Shown: positions 20,608 through 30,126 of the stretch, in pieces | Position numbering within the stretch: position 1 is the first letter of the stretch | How the letters are laid out: each line of letters begins with the position of its first letter | Source of the DNA: an uncultured virus (IMG/VR IMGVR_UViG_2645727852_000004) | Taxonomy: Duplodnaviria; Heunggongvirae; Uroviricota; Caudoviricetes | Direction: 5' to 3' (one strand) | IMG/VR virus record: IMGVR_UViG_2645727852_000004 | Length of the DNA: 64,000 nucleotides | The notes under the pieces: model-generated | What the model was told of the DNA's origin: nothing | The model's database searches: none | The model's input: the letters and a program-made list of their open reading frames with translations, nothing else | Made by a program: the position numbers and the translations under genes

Positions 20608-21471
20608 TTATTCGCAAGCAACACCATCTCCATCACGGTCTAGCTTTCGGCTGTACCCTGGTTCGCCTTCATGAATTGGTGTTACTCCAGCTGCTCTCGC
20701 TTCTGTACAATTCTTATACTGTATATTAGAAGAAGATGCAGTTGGTTTTTGAGTTTCTGCTACAGGCTTTTCAGATTGTTGCTTTGTAGGTTCTGCCTTT
20801 TTTGTAGCAGCTTCCTTGGGGTGAAAACCGTCCTCTTGTGCATAGTTCTCAATCGACCAGATGCCAACGCCTGCTGTTTGGGCTTTCTTTTGAATAGCAC
20901 GGAACTGGTCCACATATTTTATATTTGGTGGATAGACATATGCTACACGTGCTAAGCCTTTCTCTAGTAGCATTTCATTGAACATCTTTCCGTCCACCCA
21001 TAGATACGCAAGTAGGCGGCCGTATTTGTCTCTCTCAGATACATCGATCTCAATCTGAACCTCTTTGCCTTCTTTCAGTATTTGTTTTGCGAAGGCAGAG
21101 GCCTCCGGTCCGAATGGCTGTACCGGTTTGCTTGGGTGCTTCGTTTCTGGCGTATCCACTAGTAGCAGACGGACCGTTTCTTTCTTTCCGTTTAACTCAA
21201 CCTTCATCGTATCGCCATCTGTAACGGATACAATTTTGGCTGGTATAAGTTTACCGGTTGCTGTCTGCTGAGGCGCAGGAGCTGATTGCTTTGGTGCTGT
21301 TGTTGCCTGAGTTGCAGTTGCTGCAGCTGGTGGAGCTGCTGCTGTAACTTTAGTTGCCTGTTGTTGAGAGTTAGTCTGGACGTCAGGCTGTTTAGCTGTA
21401 TTTGTTGAACAAGCAGTAAGAGCCATTAACAGTACTATTAATCCTGTTAGTAAAGGTGTTTTCTTTTTCAT
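20608..21471 (-). CDS. Thermonuclease lipoprotein with Excalibur domain
   Basis: Lipobox LTAC; DGDT, RLLLVDTPE; C-terminal KLDRDGDGVACE. Confidence 0.9.
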   Translation of the reverse strand: MKKKTPLLTGLIVLLMALTACSTNTAKQPDVQTNSQQQATKVTAAAPPAAATATQATTAPKQSAPAPQQTATGKLIPAKIVSVTDGDTMKVELNGKKETVRLLLVDTPETKHPSKPVQPFGPEASAFAKQILKEGKEVQIEIDVSERDKYGRLLAYLWVDGKMFNEMLLEKGLARVAYVYPPNIKYVDQFRAIQKKAQTAGVGIWSIENYAQEDGFHPKEAATKKAEPTKQQSEKPVAETQKPTASSSNIQYKNCTEARAAGVTPIHEGEPGYSRKLDRDGDGVACE

Positions 21472-21544
21472 AATGAATCTCCTCTTTTAATATATTTTCG
21501 ACTATTCTTCTAGAATTCCGTGATGAATATAGAAATGTTCTGTT

Positions 21545-22123
21545 TTAACGATAAAAAAATTTATTGTATTCTTTCTTGAATCCTACAAAAGCTTGCTCTT
21601 TTATCTTTAAATAAGATTTAATTCTCTCATCGAATACCCCTCGGAAGATACGTCTTTTAATTTGTTCCCAGCGTTGGTATGCAAAAAGGTAAGTTGTGTT
21701 GAACGTTTGCGCAAGCAACCCAGCGATTTGTGTATCTCTGCTTGGTAGTTCTAGTTGTTCAACCATAAAGAAGGGGATGGTTGCATAGGGTTGAAAATTC
21801 CTTGCTTGTTCTTCCTGAAGCTCAATAAGCCCTTGGAATATCGGATGCCGATTTCGTTGGTCTACTACATGACGAAGCGGATGACAAAGCTCATGAAAAA
21901 ATGCTTCTTTTTGTTCCTGCAATGATAAATTTTGATTTAAATATACGATGATTAATTCTTCATCCCATACCACACTACAAATGCCTTCTGTGTATTCAAT
22001 CTCTATACAAAACTCTGTACATATCTTTTCTATTGTTAAATCATTTGGAGATAAAATGCCTTTTTGTTTGTATTGTTCCTCGATCCAGGTCTCAAGCATA
22101 GTTTTTGTATAGTATTTCAGCAT
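21545..22123 (-). CDS. ImmA/IrrE metallopeptidase
   Basis: FFHELCH zinc motif and EEQA; downstream of the repressor. Confidence 0.85.
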   Translation of the reverse strand: MLKYYTKTMLETWIEEQYKQKGILSPNDLTIEKICTEFCIEIEYTEGICSVVWDEELIIVYLNQNLSLQEQKEAFFHELCHPLRHVVDQRNRHPIFQGLIELQEEQARNFQPYATIPFFMVEQLELPSRDTQIAGLLAQTFNTTYLFAYQRWEQIKRRIFRGVFDERIKSYLKIKEQAFVGFKKEYNKFFYR

Positions 22124-22250
22124 AGTACCTCTCCCTTAACAGTACATATGTTTGTGTTTTGGTGTAAAAAAAGAGCCAGAGGATGGCTTATCCCTCGGCA
22201 GTAACTTCGGTTGATTCCCCCTAGTATTTCTGTTTAGAAGGGGAGAAGAT

Positions 22251-22823
22251 TTACTTAAAAATATCCTTTAGTGCCTTTTCGTATCTCTTGGCTTGATCAG
22301 GTGTAAACTCTTTTGAAACACGAATTAGTACTTTCCCCTCAAGATAATCATATTCTGAAAACGGACCACCCATTTTCTTTGCGATACCGGAAATATAGTC
22401 ATATCGATTCTTAGCATCTTCTTCATTATCAAACATTTCAACAGATCCGCCGTTTGTAACTTCTATTGAATTGATTACATCGGTTTTAATGCTAGTATCA
22501 ACAAAGTTTACCTTACTTGTGTATTGACCAGGACGGCCAAGCAAGTTGTTAGGGTCGTTGGATGCTGTATAAGTTTCTGTTTTTCCGATGTGTAGCCCTG
22601 ATTCTTTCATTGATTTAACCACCTCACTGGCGTTAGCGGGCTTTGGTTTTTCGATTGGAGCAGGTTGACTTTGCTGCGCTGTAGAATTAGATGGTTTTTC
22701 GGTTGGAGCAGTTTGACTTTGCTGCGTTGCAGAATTAGATGGTTTTTCTTCAGTACTGCAAGCAGATAGCGATAATGCCAATCCTATGGTTAATGCTGTT
22801 GCTAGAACTTTTTTCATTTCCAT
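22251..22823 (-). CDS. Lipoprotein in immunity region
   Basis: Lipobox LSAC; 16-aa tandem repeat beginning EKPSNS. Confidence 0.7.
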   Translation of the reverse strand: MEMKKVLATALTIGLALSLSACSTEEKPSNSATQQSQTAPTEKPSNSTAQQSQPAPIEKPKPANASEVVKSMKESGLHIGKTETYTASNDPNNLLGRPGQYTSKVNFVDTSIKTDVINSIEVTNGGSVEMFDNEEDAKNRYDYISGIAKKMGGPFSEYDYLEGKVLIRVSKEFTPDQAKRYEKALKDIFK

Positions 22824-22912
22824 TTCTCCCTTTTTATATACCTTTATATTTATGTAATAATTTTCTCTGATGTCTATAATAATGCCCTGCTTGTCCAGTT
22901 GGTCAGGCAGGG

Positions 22913-23305
22913 TTATTTCTTTTTCTTTGCTTTTAATTCCGCTTTTCTCTTTTTAAATCGAGCTACAGTATCCTCAACCATATCCAAAATAAATTGTCGC
23001 TCATCCGGTTCTAAATCATCAAGGTCTTTCAATCCATTATAAAAAGCAACGTTGATATTTGAATCGTCTTCATTATTTTTAGAAGATGGATTATCAGTAC
23101 GACCAAGAAGATAATCAGTTGAAACCTCAAAGAAATCAGCGATTTTTTTAATGGTGTCAGGATCGGGATTTCGATCCCCTGTTTCGTAGCGGGAAAGTTG
23201 AACATTGGTGATACCAAGTGATTCTGCTAATCGTTTTTGTGAGAAGTTATTTTTTTCTCTTAGATATTTAATTCTCTTTCCTAAGACACTCATTATATGT
23301 ATCAC
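22913..23305 (-). CDS. CI/ImmR-like repressor
   Basis: XRE HTH, FEVSTDYLLGR. Confidence 0.9.
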   Translation of the reverse strand: MIHIMSVLGKRIKYLREKNNFSQKRLAESLGITNVQLSRYETGDRNPDPDTIKKIADFFEVSTDYLLGRTDNPSSKNNEDDSNINVAFYNGLKDLDDLEPDERQFILDMVEDTVARFKKRKAELKAKKKK

Positions 23306-23339
23306 CAGACTTTTAGTTTAATTATCCTGATTGTACCAT

Positions 23340-23441
23340 TTACCGAATCGGTAAAAAACAAATTTGCCAAAAAGGTAAAATTGATGTTGACATTACCAAA
23401 ATGGCAATATATTATTAAATCAATAGTTACCGAATTGGCAA
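23340..23441. promoter_or_regulatory. Genetic switch: four 15-bp operators plus sigmaA promoter
   Basis: TTRCCRAAWNGGYAA at 23340, 23364, 23393, 23427; TTGACA(23387)-17-TATTAT(23410). Confidence 0.85.
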
Positions 23442-23447
23442 AAGGAG

Positions 23448-23708
23448 GTGGTATCAATGCTATCTAAACCCAAAAAAGTTAACCTGGAAAAAATAAAATC
23501 TCTTCGAAAAGAAAAGGGCATATCCTTAGATGAAATGGCGAAAATGCTTGGATATGAAAGCCCAAATGGCTATTATTACCTTGAGATAGGAAGAGGGAAG
23601 TTCCCTGCTGAAACGTTAGCAAGAGTTGCTGATATACTTCAAGTGTCTATCACAGAGCTTTTTTTTGAAAAAGATATTGCCAAAATGGCAAATTTAAATT
23701 TAGCCTAA
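23448..23708 (+). CDS. Cro-like HTH protein
   Basis: XRE HTH divergent from the repressor. Confidence 0.85.
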   Translation: MVSMLSKPKKVNLEKIKSLRKEKGISLDEMAKMLGYESPNGYYYLEIGRGKFPAETLARVADILQVSITELFFEKDIAKMANLNLA

Positions 23709-23739
23709 CTACACTTACAAAAATGAAAGGAGTAAACCC

Positions 23740-24480
23740 ATGAATCAACTTCAAATTATTCAACACAAAGGACAGCGTGTGTTAACAACAGCTCAATTAG
23801 CAGAAGCTTACGGAACTGATAATCGTCGTGTATCTGAAAACTTCAACGCTAATAAAGAAAGGTACACAGAAGGTAAGCATTTTTTCTTACTGCAAGGCGA
23901 TGACCTAAAAGAGTTTGGCGACCAGTACGGAAATTCCGTATCAGTCAACAGAGTAAGCAAAATGTATCTCTGGACGGAAAAAGGTGCTTGGATGCATGCC
24001 AAATCACTCAACACCGACAAAGCTTGGGAAGCTTATGAAATGCTTGTCGATGATTACTACCAAGTTAAAAAGAGCAACAATGTTGTTCCTCTTTCAAAAG
24101 ACCAAGCACTTGTGACACTTCTTCGTACAACGGCTGACCTTGTAGAGAACCAGGAACAAATCATTCAACGCATTGATGAAGTAGAACGCAAGGTAGACGA
24201 ACAAATTACTCTGCACAGTGGTGAACAGCGCAAGGTGCAAAAGGAAATCGCAAAGCGTGTGTACGAACTAGCTGAACAAGTCGTATACAAGCAACTTGGT
24301 TTTGATGGTGGCGAAGTGATTGTACCGGACCTTGAAAAGGAACGTAAACGATTGTTTTCAGAAATCCATAGGACAATTAAAGACTGCTTTGCTGTCGCTA
24401 GCTATAAAGATGTACGTCGCTCAGAGTTCAACCAACTATTGCTTTTCATTCAAGCGTGGCGACCTAAGTTAGTAGCCTAA
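23740..24480 (+). CDS. ORF6N/ORF6C antirepressor-type protein
   Basis: RVLTTAQLAEAYG, LWTEKGAWMHAKSL; C-terminal FAVASYKDV. Confidence 0.85.
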   Translation: MNQLQIIQHKGQRVLTTAQLAEAYGTDNRRVSENFNANKERYTEGKHFFLLQGDDLKEFGDQYGNSVSVNRVSKMYLWTEKGAWMHAKSLNTDKAWEAYEMLVDDYYQVKKSNNVVPLSKDQALVTLLRTTADLVENQEQIIQRIDEVERKVDEQITLHSGEQRKVQKEIAKRVYELAEQVVYKQLGFDGGEVIVPDLEKERKRLFSEIHRTIKDCFAVASYKDVRRSEFNQLLLFIQAWRPKLVA

Positions 24481-24602
24481 TTTTTTTTTACACATCTTGA
24501 TTACCAAAAACAACCTCAGATGGAAAGGAGGTTAACCTCTTGAAAAATCAGAATGTTGTCCGCTCTGTCCACTCGCATATAGATGTACCGGGTGATGTGG
24601 GG

Positions 24603-24764
24603 ATGGATAAAACTAAGTCAGAACGTAAGCCAGATTACGAGGGCAAGGACGGAAACACCAATGTGAAAGTATTCTTACATCGGATTCCAGAAAAGGAATT
24701 CCGAGCGCGTGTAAATCCAGCAATCGCAAGATGTTTACAAGATTCAAAGCAGGATGGCTCCTGA
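24603..24764 (+). CDS. Small early protein
   Basis: ATG 24603 after a purine-rich RBS. Confidence 0.5.
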   Translation: MDKTKSERKPDYEGKDGNTNVKVFLHRIPEKEFRARVNPAIARCLQDSKQDGS

Positions 24765-24817
24765 AAGGGAGCTACATGTTAGGACAAGCTGCAAAAAACT
24801 GAATAGGAGGAAACGTC

Positions 24818-24997
24818 ATGACCCCTCAACAAGCTGAATCACTTCGCAAAGAGAGCGAAGAGCTAAAGCAAGGTGTTGATCAGGCACTAAGTCAGCGTAC
24901 ACCAGAGCAGAAACAACGTGACCTAGATGCATTGTTAGAAGCTGCTCAACGTGTACACAAACGAGTCCGGCAAGCGAAGGGAGGTGAGTCGGTATGA
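24818..24997 (+). CDS. Hypothetical 59-aa protein
   Basis: RBS AGGAGG; MTPQQAESLRKESEEL...; below the track cutoff. Confidence 0.6.
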   Translation: MTPQQAESLRKESEELKQGVDQALSQRTPEQKQRDLDALLEAAQRVHKRVRQAKGGESV

Positions 24998-25126
24998 GCG
25001 ATTACTTTAGTCCTCCTGAATCCTTGAAAAATAAATAAGGCTCGCTTTCAACACCTTCTATTTTCATCATATATCGCTTTAAAAATATCGTCTGTTCCAA
25101 TTTAGAACGAAAGGGGGATAGTCGAG

Positions 25127-25375
25127 ATGAAATTCGGAGCCATACTCCAAGCATGTCGGGAACGTGCTGGCTTGTCACAAGAAGAAATCGCAGAAAAGCT
25201 TCATCGTTCCCGAAGCTGCATATCGAAATTAGAAAACGACAAGAAGGCGCTGGATGCACAAACACTCATTGAATGGGCTAAGGCTACACAAGCAAACGAG
25301 GTCGTCGTCGCGTTTTTATATGGGATGGACGGACTTGGGATGATACAAAACATTATGAGTTTGTTGGGCGGATAA
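25127..25375 (+). CDS. XRE HTH protein
   Basis: AGLSQEEIAEKLHRSRSCISKLEN. Confidence 0.85.
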   Translation: MKFGAILQACRERAGLSQEEIAEKLHRSRSCISKLENDKKALDAQTLIEWAKATQANEVVVAFLYGMDGLGMIQNIMSLLGG

Positions 25376-25393
25376 GAAAGGAGCTGTCTTTAA

Positions 25394-25708
25394 ATGAACT
25401 GGAACATGCGTATGCAGGAAGTGTTAGAACGGACAGCAGGCTACGATATGAGCTTGATGGATGCCGAACAGAACGAAGCTTATCAATATCGTCTGGAACT
25501 GAATCGAATCGAACTGGAGATGAAAGAGGCAAAGCAGGAAGCCAAGGAGTACGAAGAGTTGGCTGAAGCGTACAAGGCGGCTGGGGAAGAGAAAGGCTAT
25601 CAGGCAGCATGGTCCTATCACAAACTGAGTTTACAACGCTACCACGAATTATCACATTTTCTTGCAAAGAAAAAAGCCGCGATGTGCGGGAACACATTCA
25701 CGGCCTAG
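25394..25708 (+). CDS. Hypothetical phage protein
   Basis: RBS AAGGAG; operon context. Confidence 0.6.
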   Translation: MNWNMRMQEVLERTAGYDMSLMDAEQNEAYQYRLELNRIELEMKEAKQEAKEYEELAEAYKAAGEEKGYQAAWSYHKLSLQRYHELSHFLAKKKAAMCGNTFTA

Positions 25709-25874
25709 ACGCTAATCAAATNACTTAGAGTGCATAGAAAGTGAGGTGTCTTATGAATAGTTGTCAGTGTTGCGGATGGCACGAACTCGAATACATCGAT
25801 GAATTGATGGAGTTTGTATGCGCTAAGTGCGACAGCGTGCAAGACGATGATAACGATTTGTAAGGGGTGAAAGC

Positions 25875-26231
25875 ATGGAGAAAGTGAAGTTGACGAAAAA
25901 ACAGGCCGAAATCATTGAGTCTATCAAGGACGGTACAGATGATATCGCTAATTTTTTGACACACTGGCATACGGCACAAGATAAGGCAATGGTCGCTACA
26001 AGAGAGAATTTCACACCTTCTTTACTTATGAAGGCTTGGGAATACGGTTATGAAATCGAAAAAACTCCAGAAGAAAGGGCACTGGATTATTATGAAACGC
26101 TAGAACATTTGATGAATGAAGCTGCGGCTAAAGACAACAGAGGTAAAGCAGTGGCACTTTCAAATGAACGAGTAGGTGCAAGAAACATCCTAATTATGCT
26201 CGGTATCAAGATTGAAGGGATAAACGCATGA
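25875..26231 (+). CDS. Hypothetical phage protein
   Basis: RBS GGGGTG; operon context. Confidence 0.65.
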   Translation: MEKVKLTKKQAEIIESIKDGTDDIANFLTHWHTAQDKAMVATRENFTPSLLMKAWEYGYEIEKTPEERALDYYETLEHLMNEAAAKDNRGKAVALSNERVGARNILIMLGIKIEGINA

Positions 26232-26518
26232 TGCAGACAGCAAGCCTAAACACCGTCATCGACGCTGTAGTTGATACACTCCTAGTCAGGCAGAAACTTG
26301 GCCGTCGTTTGGATGAGGATATGGTGGAACGAATCTTGATTGATGAGGTCGGCTGGGAAAAGGCTGAGGAGCTGCTAGATAGGATTCTGATTGAACCAAT
26401 CATTCAGGAAACTATCGAAGTGGACAACATGGACTTTTCGGAGCCTAACGATAACGTGGGCAACTATTGGTGTGACAGACCAGCAGACTATGAATCTTAT
26501 AAACGGGCTGTCATTTGA
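26228..26518 (+). CDS. Hypothetical phage protein
   Basis: ATGA overlap with the upstream gene. Confidence 0.6.
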   Translation: MMQTASLNTVIDAVVDTLLVRQKLGRRLDEDMVERILIDEVGWEKAEELLDRILIEPIIQETIEVDNMDFSEPNDNVGNYWCDRPADYESYKRAVI

Positions 26519-26533
26519 GAGGAGGTGAAGAAA

Positions 26534-26695
26534 ATGCTCGGAACAGCAAATGAAATCAGAGTTTATCACGTATCCGGAAATATTGAAAAGCATATCAATC
26601 ACTGGTTAGCGGCGAATCCTACTGCTGCAATCATTGATATCAAATTCGGTTGTAATGCTGATGAAGCACTTATTATCTACAAACCAGGACAATAA
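26534..26695 (+). CDS. Cse60-like small protein
   Basis: RBS GGAGGTG; IEKHINHWL...IIDIKF...ALIIYK. Confidence 0.5.
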   Translation: MLGTANEIRVYHVSGNIEKHINHWLAANPTAAIIDIKFGCNADEALIIYKPGQ

Positions 26696-26796
26696 AAATA
26701 GCCCGCGAGCAGGCGGGCCATGAGTAAAGGAAACTTGGTAAAAGTTCACTTTTAGAATAGCACTGACCCTATCAAAAATCAATCGGAGGGATAACG

Positions 26797-27015
26797 ATGG
26801 AAAACAAGCGAGTTATTGATTCTATTGAAGTTCTTTATAACGAAGGGTGCTACCACCATATAAAAGTAGGAAAAGATGGTGTAACTGAAATCAGAAATAC
26901 CGGAGCAGATGATGACGAAGGAGTTTTTTACACCGAATATACAGCTTTCGATTCTGATAATCAGCCTATTTGCAGGGTTGGTGGGAATGCTGCAATCCTT
27001 GTTTTTTATAAATAG
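26797..27015 (+). CDS. Hypothetical phage protein
   Basis: RBS GGAGGG. Confidence 0.6.
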   Translation: MENKRVIDSIEVLYNEGCYHHIKVGKDGVTEIRNTGADDDEGVFYTEYTAFDSDNQPICRVGGNAAILVFYK

Positions 27016-27090
27016 TCGAAACCAGCGCCCATTGTGGCGCCCGGTCTAGCAGGAATAGCCTCCTGCTACTGATGAGACAGGCTGGAAGGG

Positions 27091-27318
27091 ATGGTGAGAG
27101 TAGTGAAAGCTATTGAGGAAGTCCTTGATGATCAACTGGAAAAGGCACTTAAGAAAGTCGAAAACGCAAAGTCTCTTATAGAACATGCGAAAAGCATGAA
27201 ATGGAGTGAGGAAGAATTTTTCGAAGCTATCCAAACCATTTCTGCTACGAGAAATATTCATGCAAGAAGTGAAAGCAGAATGGTGACAACATGTGAACCA
27301 AGGCAACAAAAGAAATAA
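27091..27318 (+). CDS. Hypothetical phage protein
   Basis: Co-oriented ORF in the early operon. Confidence 0.5.
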   Translation: MVRVVKAIEEVLDDQLEKALKKVENAKSLIEHAKSMKWSEEEFFEAIQTISATRNIHARSESRMVTTCEPRQQKK

Positions 27319-27400
27319 AAAATGACCTGCGCTAACAGGTCACTTAACAAACACTTTTTATCAATGTACCACGATTGAACCTTGAAAATCAAATAGGAGG

Positions 27401-28408
27401 TTGACTATGAGTAACGTAGCTTACGCGACGGACGGCCAACAACGCCGGATTGAGCTAGGAACGCACGCTATTCGGCTAGTCAATACGTTGGACATGCCTC
27501 AAGAAGAATGGCTGCAATGGCGACGTAAAGGCATCACAGGCAGTGATGTTGCTGGTATTTGCGAAGAAACAAAATGGAGTTCGCCAATGAAAGTATACCT
27601 CGACAAACTCGGTCAGTTAGCACCTCAAGAAGATAACGAATCGATGTATTGGGGCCGGATTAACGAGGATACGGTTGCCAGAGAATACGCCAAACGGACC
27701 GGGCTTAAGGTACAACGATGCAATGCCATGCTTCAGCACCCAGAGAATGAATGGGCGCTTGCGAATATCGATCGATTCATCATCGATAAAGAGCGCGGTA
27801 AGGGTGTGCTGGAATGCAAGACAACAAATGAGTACCAAAAGGACCTTTGGGAAGATGAAAACGTCCCAGAAGCCTATCAGCTTCAGTTGCAATGGTATCT
27901 GTACGTTACTGGCTTGGATTGGGGTGCATTTGCAGTCTTAATTGGCGGAAACAAGTATAGGCAGTTTCCGGTTGTGTATCGAAATGAGCAAATCATAGAG
28001 GCCATTGTAAAAATTTGCGGCAACTTCTGGCATCAGCATGTATTAACTAAAATCCCACCCATGATGGACGGATCGGATGCATCGAGTAATTTACTAAGCA
28101 CGATGTATCCCGATGCGAAGCCAAAGAGTGAGACAGAGCTGCCGGAAGAGGCTAACCAGTTGATTATTGACTGGCAACAGGCTGATGAGGAAATGAAGGC
28201 TGCTAAAGCTAAAAAGCAAAAGGCAGAGAATCAGCTTAAATCATTAATCGGTGAATATGAAAAGGGAATAGCTTCAGAACACATTGTTTCCTGGAAGCCA
28301 GTCACACGCAATACGGTGGATAGCAAGGCACTGAAAGAAGCCCACCCAGATATCTATGAACAATTCCTGAAGTCAAGTACGTCGCGTAGATTCTTAATTA
28401 CTCAATAA
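27401..28408 (+). CDS. YqaJ-like recombination exonuclease
   Basis: WLQWRRKGITGSD, ANIDR, LECKT, YQLQLQWYL. Confidence 0.92.
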   Translation: MTMSNVAYATDGQQRRIELGTHAIRLVNTLDMPQEEWLQWRRKGITGSDVAGICEETKWSSPMKVYLDKLGQLAPQEDNESMYWGRINEDTVAREYAKRTGLKVQRCNAMLQHPENEWALANIDRFIIDKERGKGVLECKTTNEYQKDLWEDENVPEAYQLQLQWYLYVTGLDWGAFAVLIGGNKYRQFPVVYRNEQIIEAIVKICGNFWHQHVLTKIPPMMDGSDASSNLLSTMYPDAKPKSETELPEEANQLIIDWQQADEEMKAAKAKKQKAENQLKSLIGEYEKGIASEHIVSWKPVTRNTVDSKALKEAHPDIYEQFLKSSTSRRFLITQ

Positions 28409-28422
28409 CTGGAGGCATACTT

Positions 28423-29304
28423 ATGGCAGTGAAAAACGAAGGTAAATTAACTTCCAAATTACAAGATAAAGCGAAGGGAACGAATGTAGCTCCTCCGACG
28501 CCAGCACAAACGATTGGTGCTTATCTTCAAAAGATGGCTCCTGAAATCGAAAAGGCACTACCCAAGCATATGGATGTAGATAGGCTTACTCGTATTTCTC
28601 TCACGACTATTCGCACCAATCCGGCCTTGATGAATTGCAGTATGCCTTCTTTACTCGGCGCTGTTATGCAGGCTGCACAACTTGGCTTGGAGCCGGGACT
28701 ATTAGGACATTGCTACATCATTCCATATGGTAAGGAAGCAACCTTCATCATTGGTTATAAAGGCATGATTGATCTAGCACGTCGGTCTGGAAATATCAAA
28801 AGCATTTACGCTCATCCTGTATATGAGAATGATGAGTTTTCTTACAAATATGGCCTTAATCCTGATTTGCAGCACACACCGGCCATGAAAGAACGTGGTG
28901 AATTTATCGGAGCATACGCGGTCGCCCACTTCAATGACGGTGGCTACCAGTTCGAATTTATGCCAAAGGAAGAAATCGAAAAGCGGAAGCTTCGTTCTAA
29001 ATCTTACAGTAAGGGCCCTTGGCAAACAGATTATGAAGAAATGGCTATGAAAACAGTCGTTCGTCATATGTTCAAGTTCTTACCTATCAGCATAGAAGTC
29101 ATGCAAAGCATGGCGCAGGACGAAACAGTGCGTAAAGATATTACCAGCGAGCCGAAAAGTGTCTACAGCGACGAGATAGAGGCCGAGGGAGTCTTTGCAG
29201 AAGATATTCGGATGGACGAGCCTGCACCAGCGGGGAAGCAGCCAGAAGGTGAAGAAGACGAGCTGGCAAAGGTAGCAAAAGAATTCGATGAAGGAAAGCT
29301 GTAG
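28423..29304 (+). CDS. recT: RecT recombinase
   Basis: AAQLGLEP, IGYKGMIDLARRSG, EMAMKTV. Confidence 0.93.
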   Translation: MAVKNEGKLTSKLQDKAKGTNVAPPTPAQTIGAYLQKMAPEIEKALPKHMDVDRLTRISLTTIRTNPALMNCSMPSLLGAVMQAAQLGLEPGLLGHCYIIPYGKEATFIIGYKGMIDLARRSGNIKSIYAHPVYENDEFSYKYGLNPDLQHTPAMKERGEFIGAYAVAHFNDGGYQFEFMPKEEIEKRKLRSKSYSKGPWQTDYEEMAMKTVVRHMFKFLPISIEVMQSMAQDETVRKDITSEPKSVYSDEIEAEGVFAEDIRMDEPAPAGKQPEGEEDELAKVAKEFDEGKL

Positions 29305-29313
29305 GAGGTCAAT

Positions 29314-29919
29314 ATGCCATTTCAAAATACAACCATTTTCGATTTTGAAACAACGGGCCTGAGTCCAACAGAAGATACCATCATTGAGATTGCAGCTATT
29401 CGGATTCGAAATGGAAAGCAGGTCGGAACCTTTTCTCTACTGATTGACCCAGAGCGCGAAGTTCCTGAGTTCATTACAAACCTAACAGGCATCACGGATG
29501 AGGAAGTAAAGGGACAACCTACTTTATGGGAAGCACTCCCGTTTTTTAAACAGTTTTTTGGTGATAGTCTTTTGGTTGCCCATAATGCAGCGTTTGACCT
29601 GGCTTTCTTGTTAGAAAAATGCCGGGAATATGGATATGCAGAGCCAACAAACGAATTTATTGATACAAGGGCGCTCTGCATTGAGCATTTCCCGTATCAG
29701 TCACACAAGTTGGTAGATATGTGCGAGAAGCTTGAAATTAGGCTAGACGGGGCGCACAGGGCGTTAAACGATGTACGGGCAACCGGAAATCTGCTGCACA
29801 AGTTGAACAAGGAATATGGCGATGCCATGGGCTTTAAAAACAAACTATATTATTTCACAAAGTATGGACCACCAAAGGGTGTTCCAGTACATGCTGAGTT
29901 GGTAGCTATAGGGAAGTAA
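29314..29919 (+). CDS. DnaQ-like DEDDh 3'-5' exonuclease
   Basis: FDFETTG, VAHNAAFD, HRALND. Confidence 0.92.
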   Translation: MPFQNTTIFDFETTGLSPTEDTIIEIAAIRIRNGKQVGTFSLLIDPEREVPEFITNLTGITDEEVKGQPTLWEALPFFKQFFGDSLLVAHNAAFDLAFLLEKCREYGYAEPTNEFIDTRALCIEHFPYQSHKLVDMCEKLEIRLDGAHRALNDVRATGNLLHKLNKEYGDAMGFKNKLYYFTKYGPPKGVPVHAELVAIGK

Positions 29920-29967
29920 GAAGGGGCGCTTAGCGCTCCTCTCTATCAAATATGAGGGGGAAACTCT

Positions 29968-30114
29968 ATGAAGAATGGAAAGAGGCCGACGCGAAAACAG
30001 AAGCTGGAAAGCTGTACGACTGAACCCGGAGAACTGGCTTGTCACCAAAAATCTGCCGGGCAAGCTTCACTTGGTACATCGGGAAACCAACAGGGAACGG
30101 ATTATACCGGCATA
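29968..30114 (+). pseudogene. Small phage protein, frameshifted (spuriously fused to the next gene in the track)
   Basis: MKNGKRPTRKQKL continues in the +1 frame as KAVRLNPENWLVTKNLPGKLHLVHRE...*. Confidence 0.6.
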
Positions 30115-30126
30115 GGGGCGTTCTTT

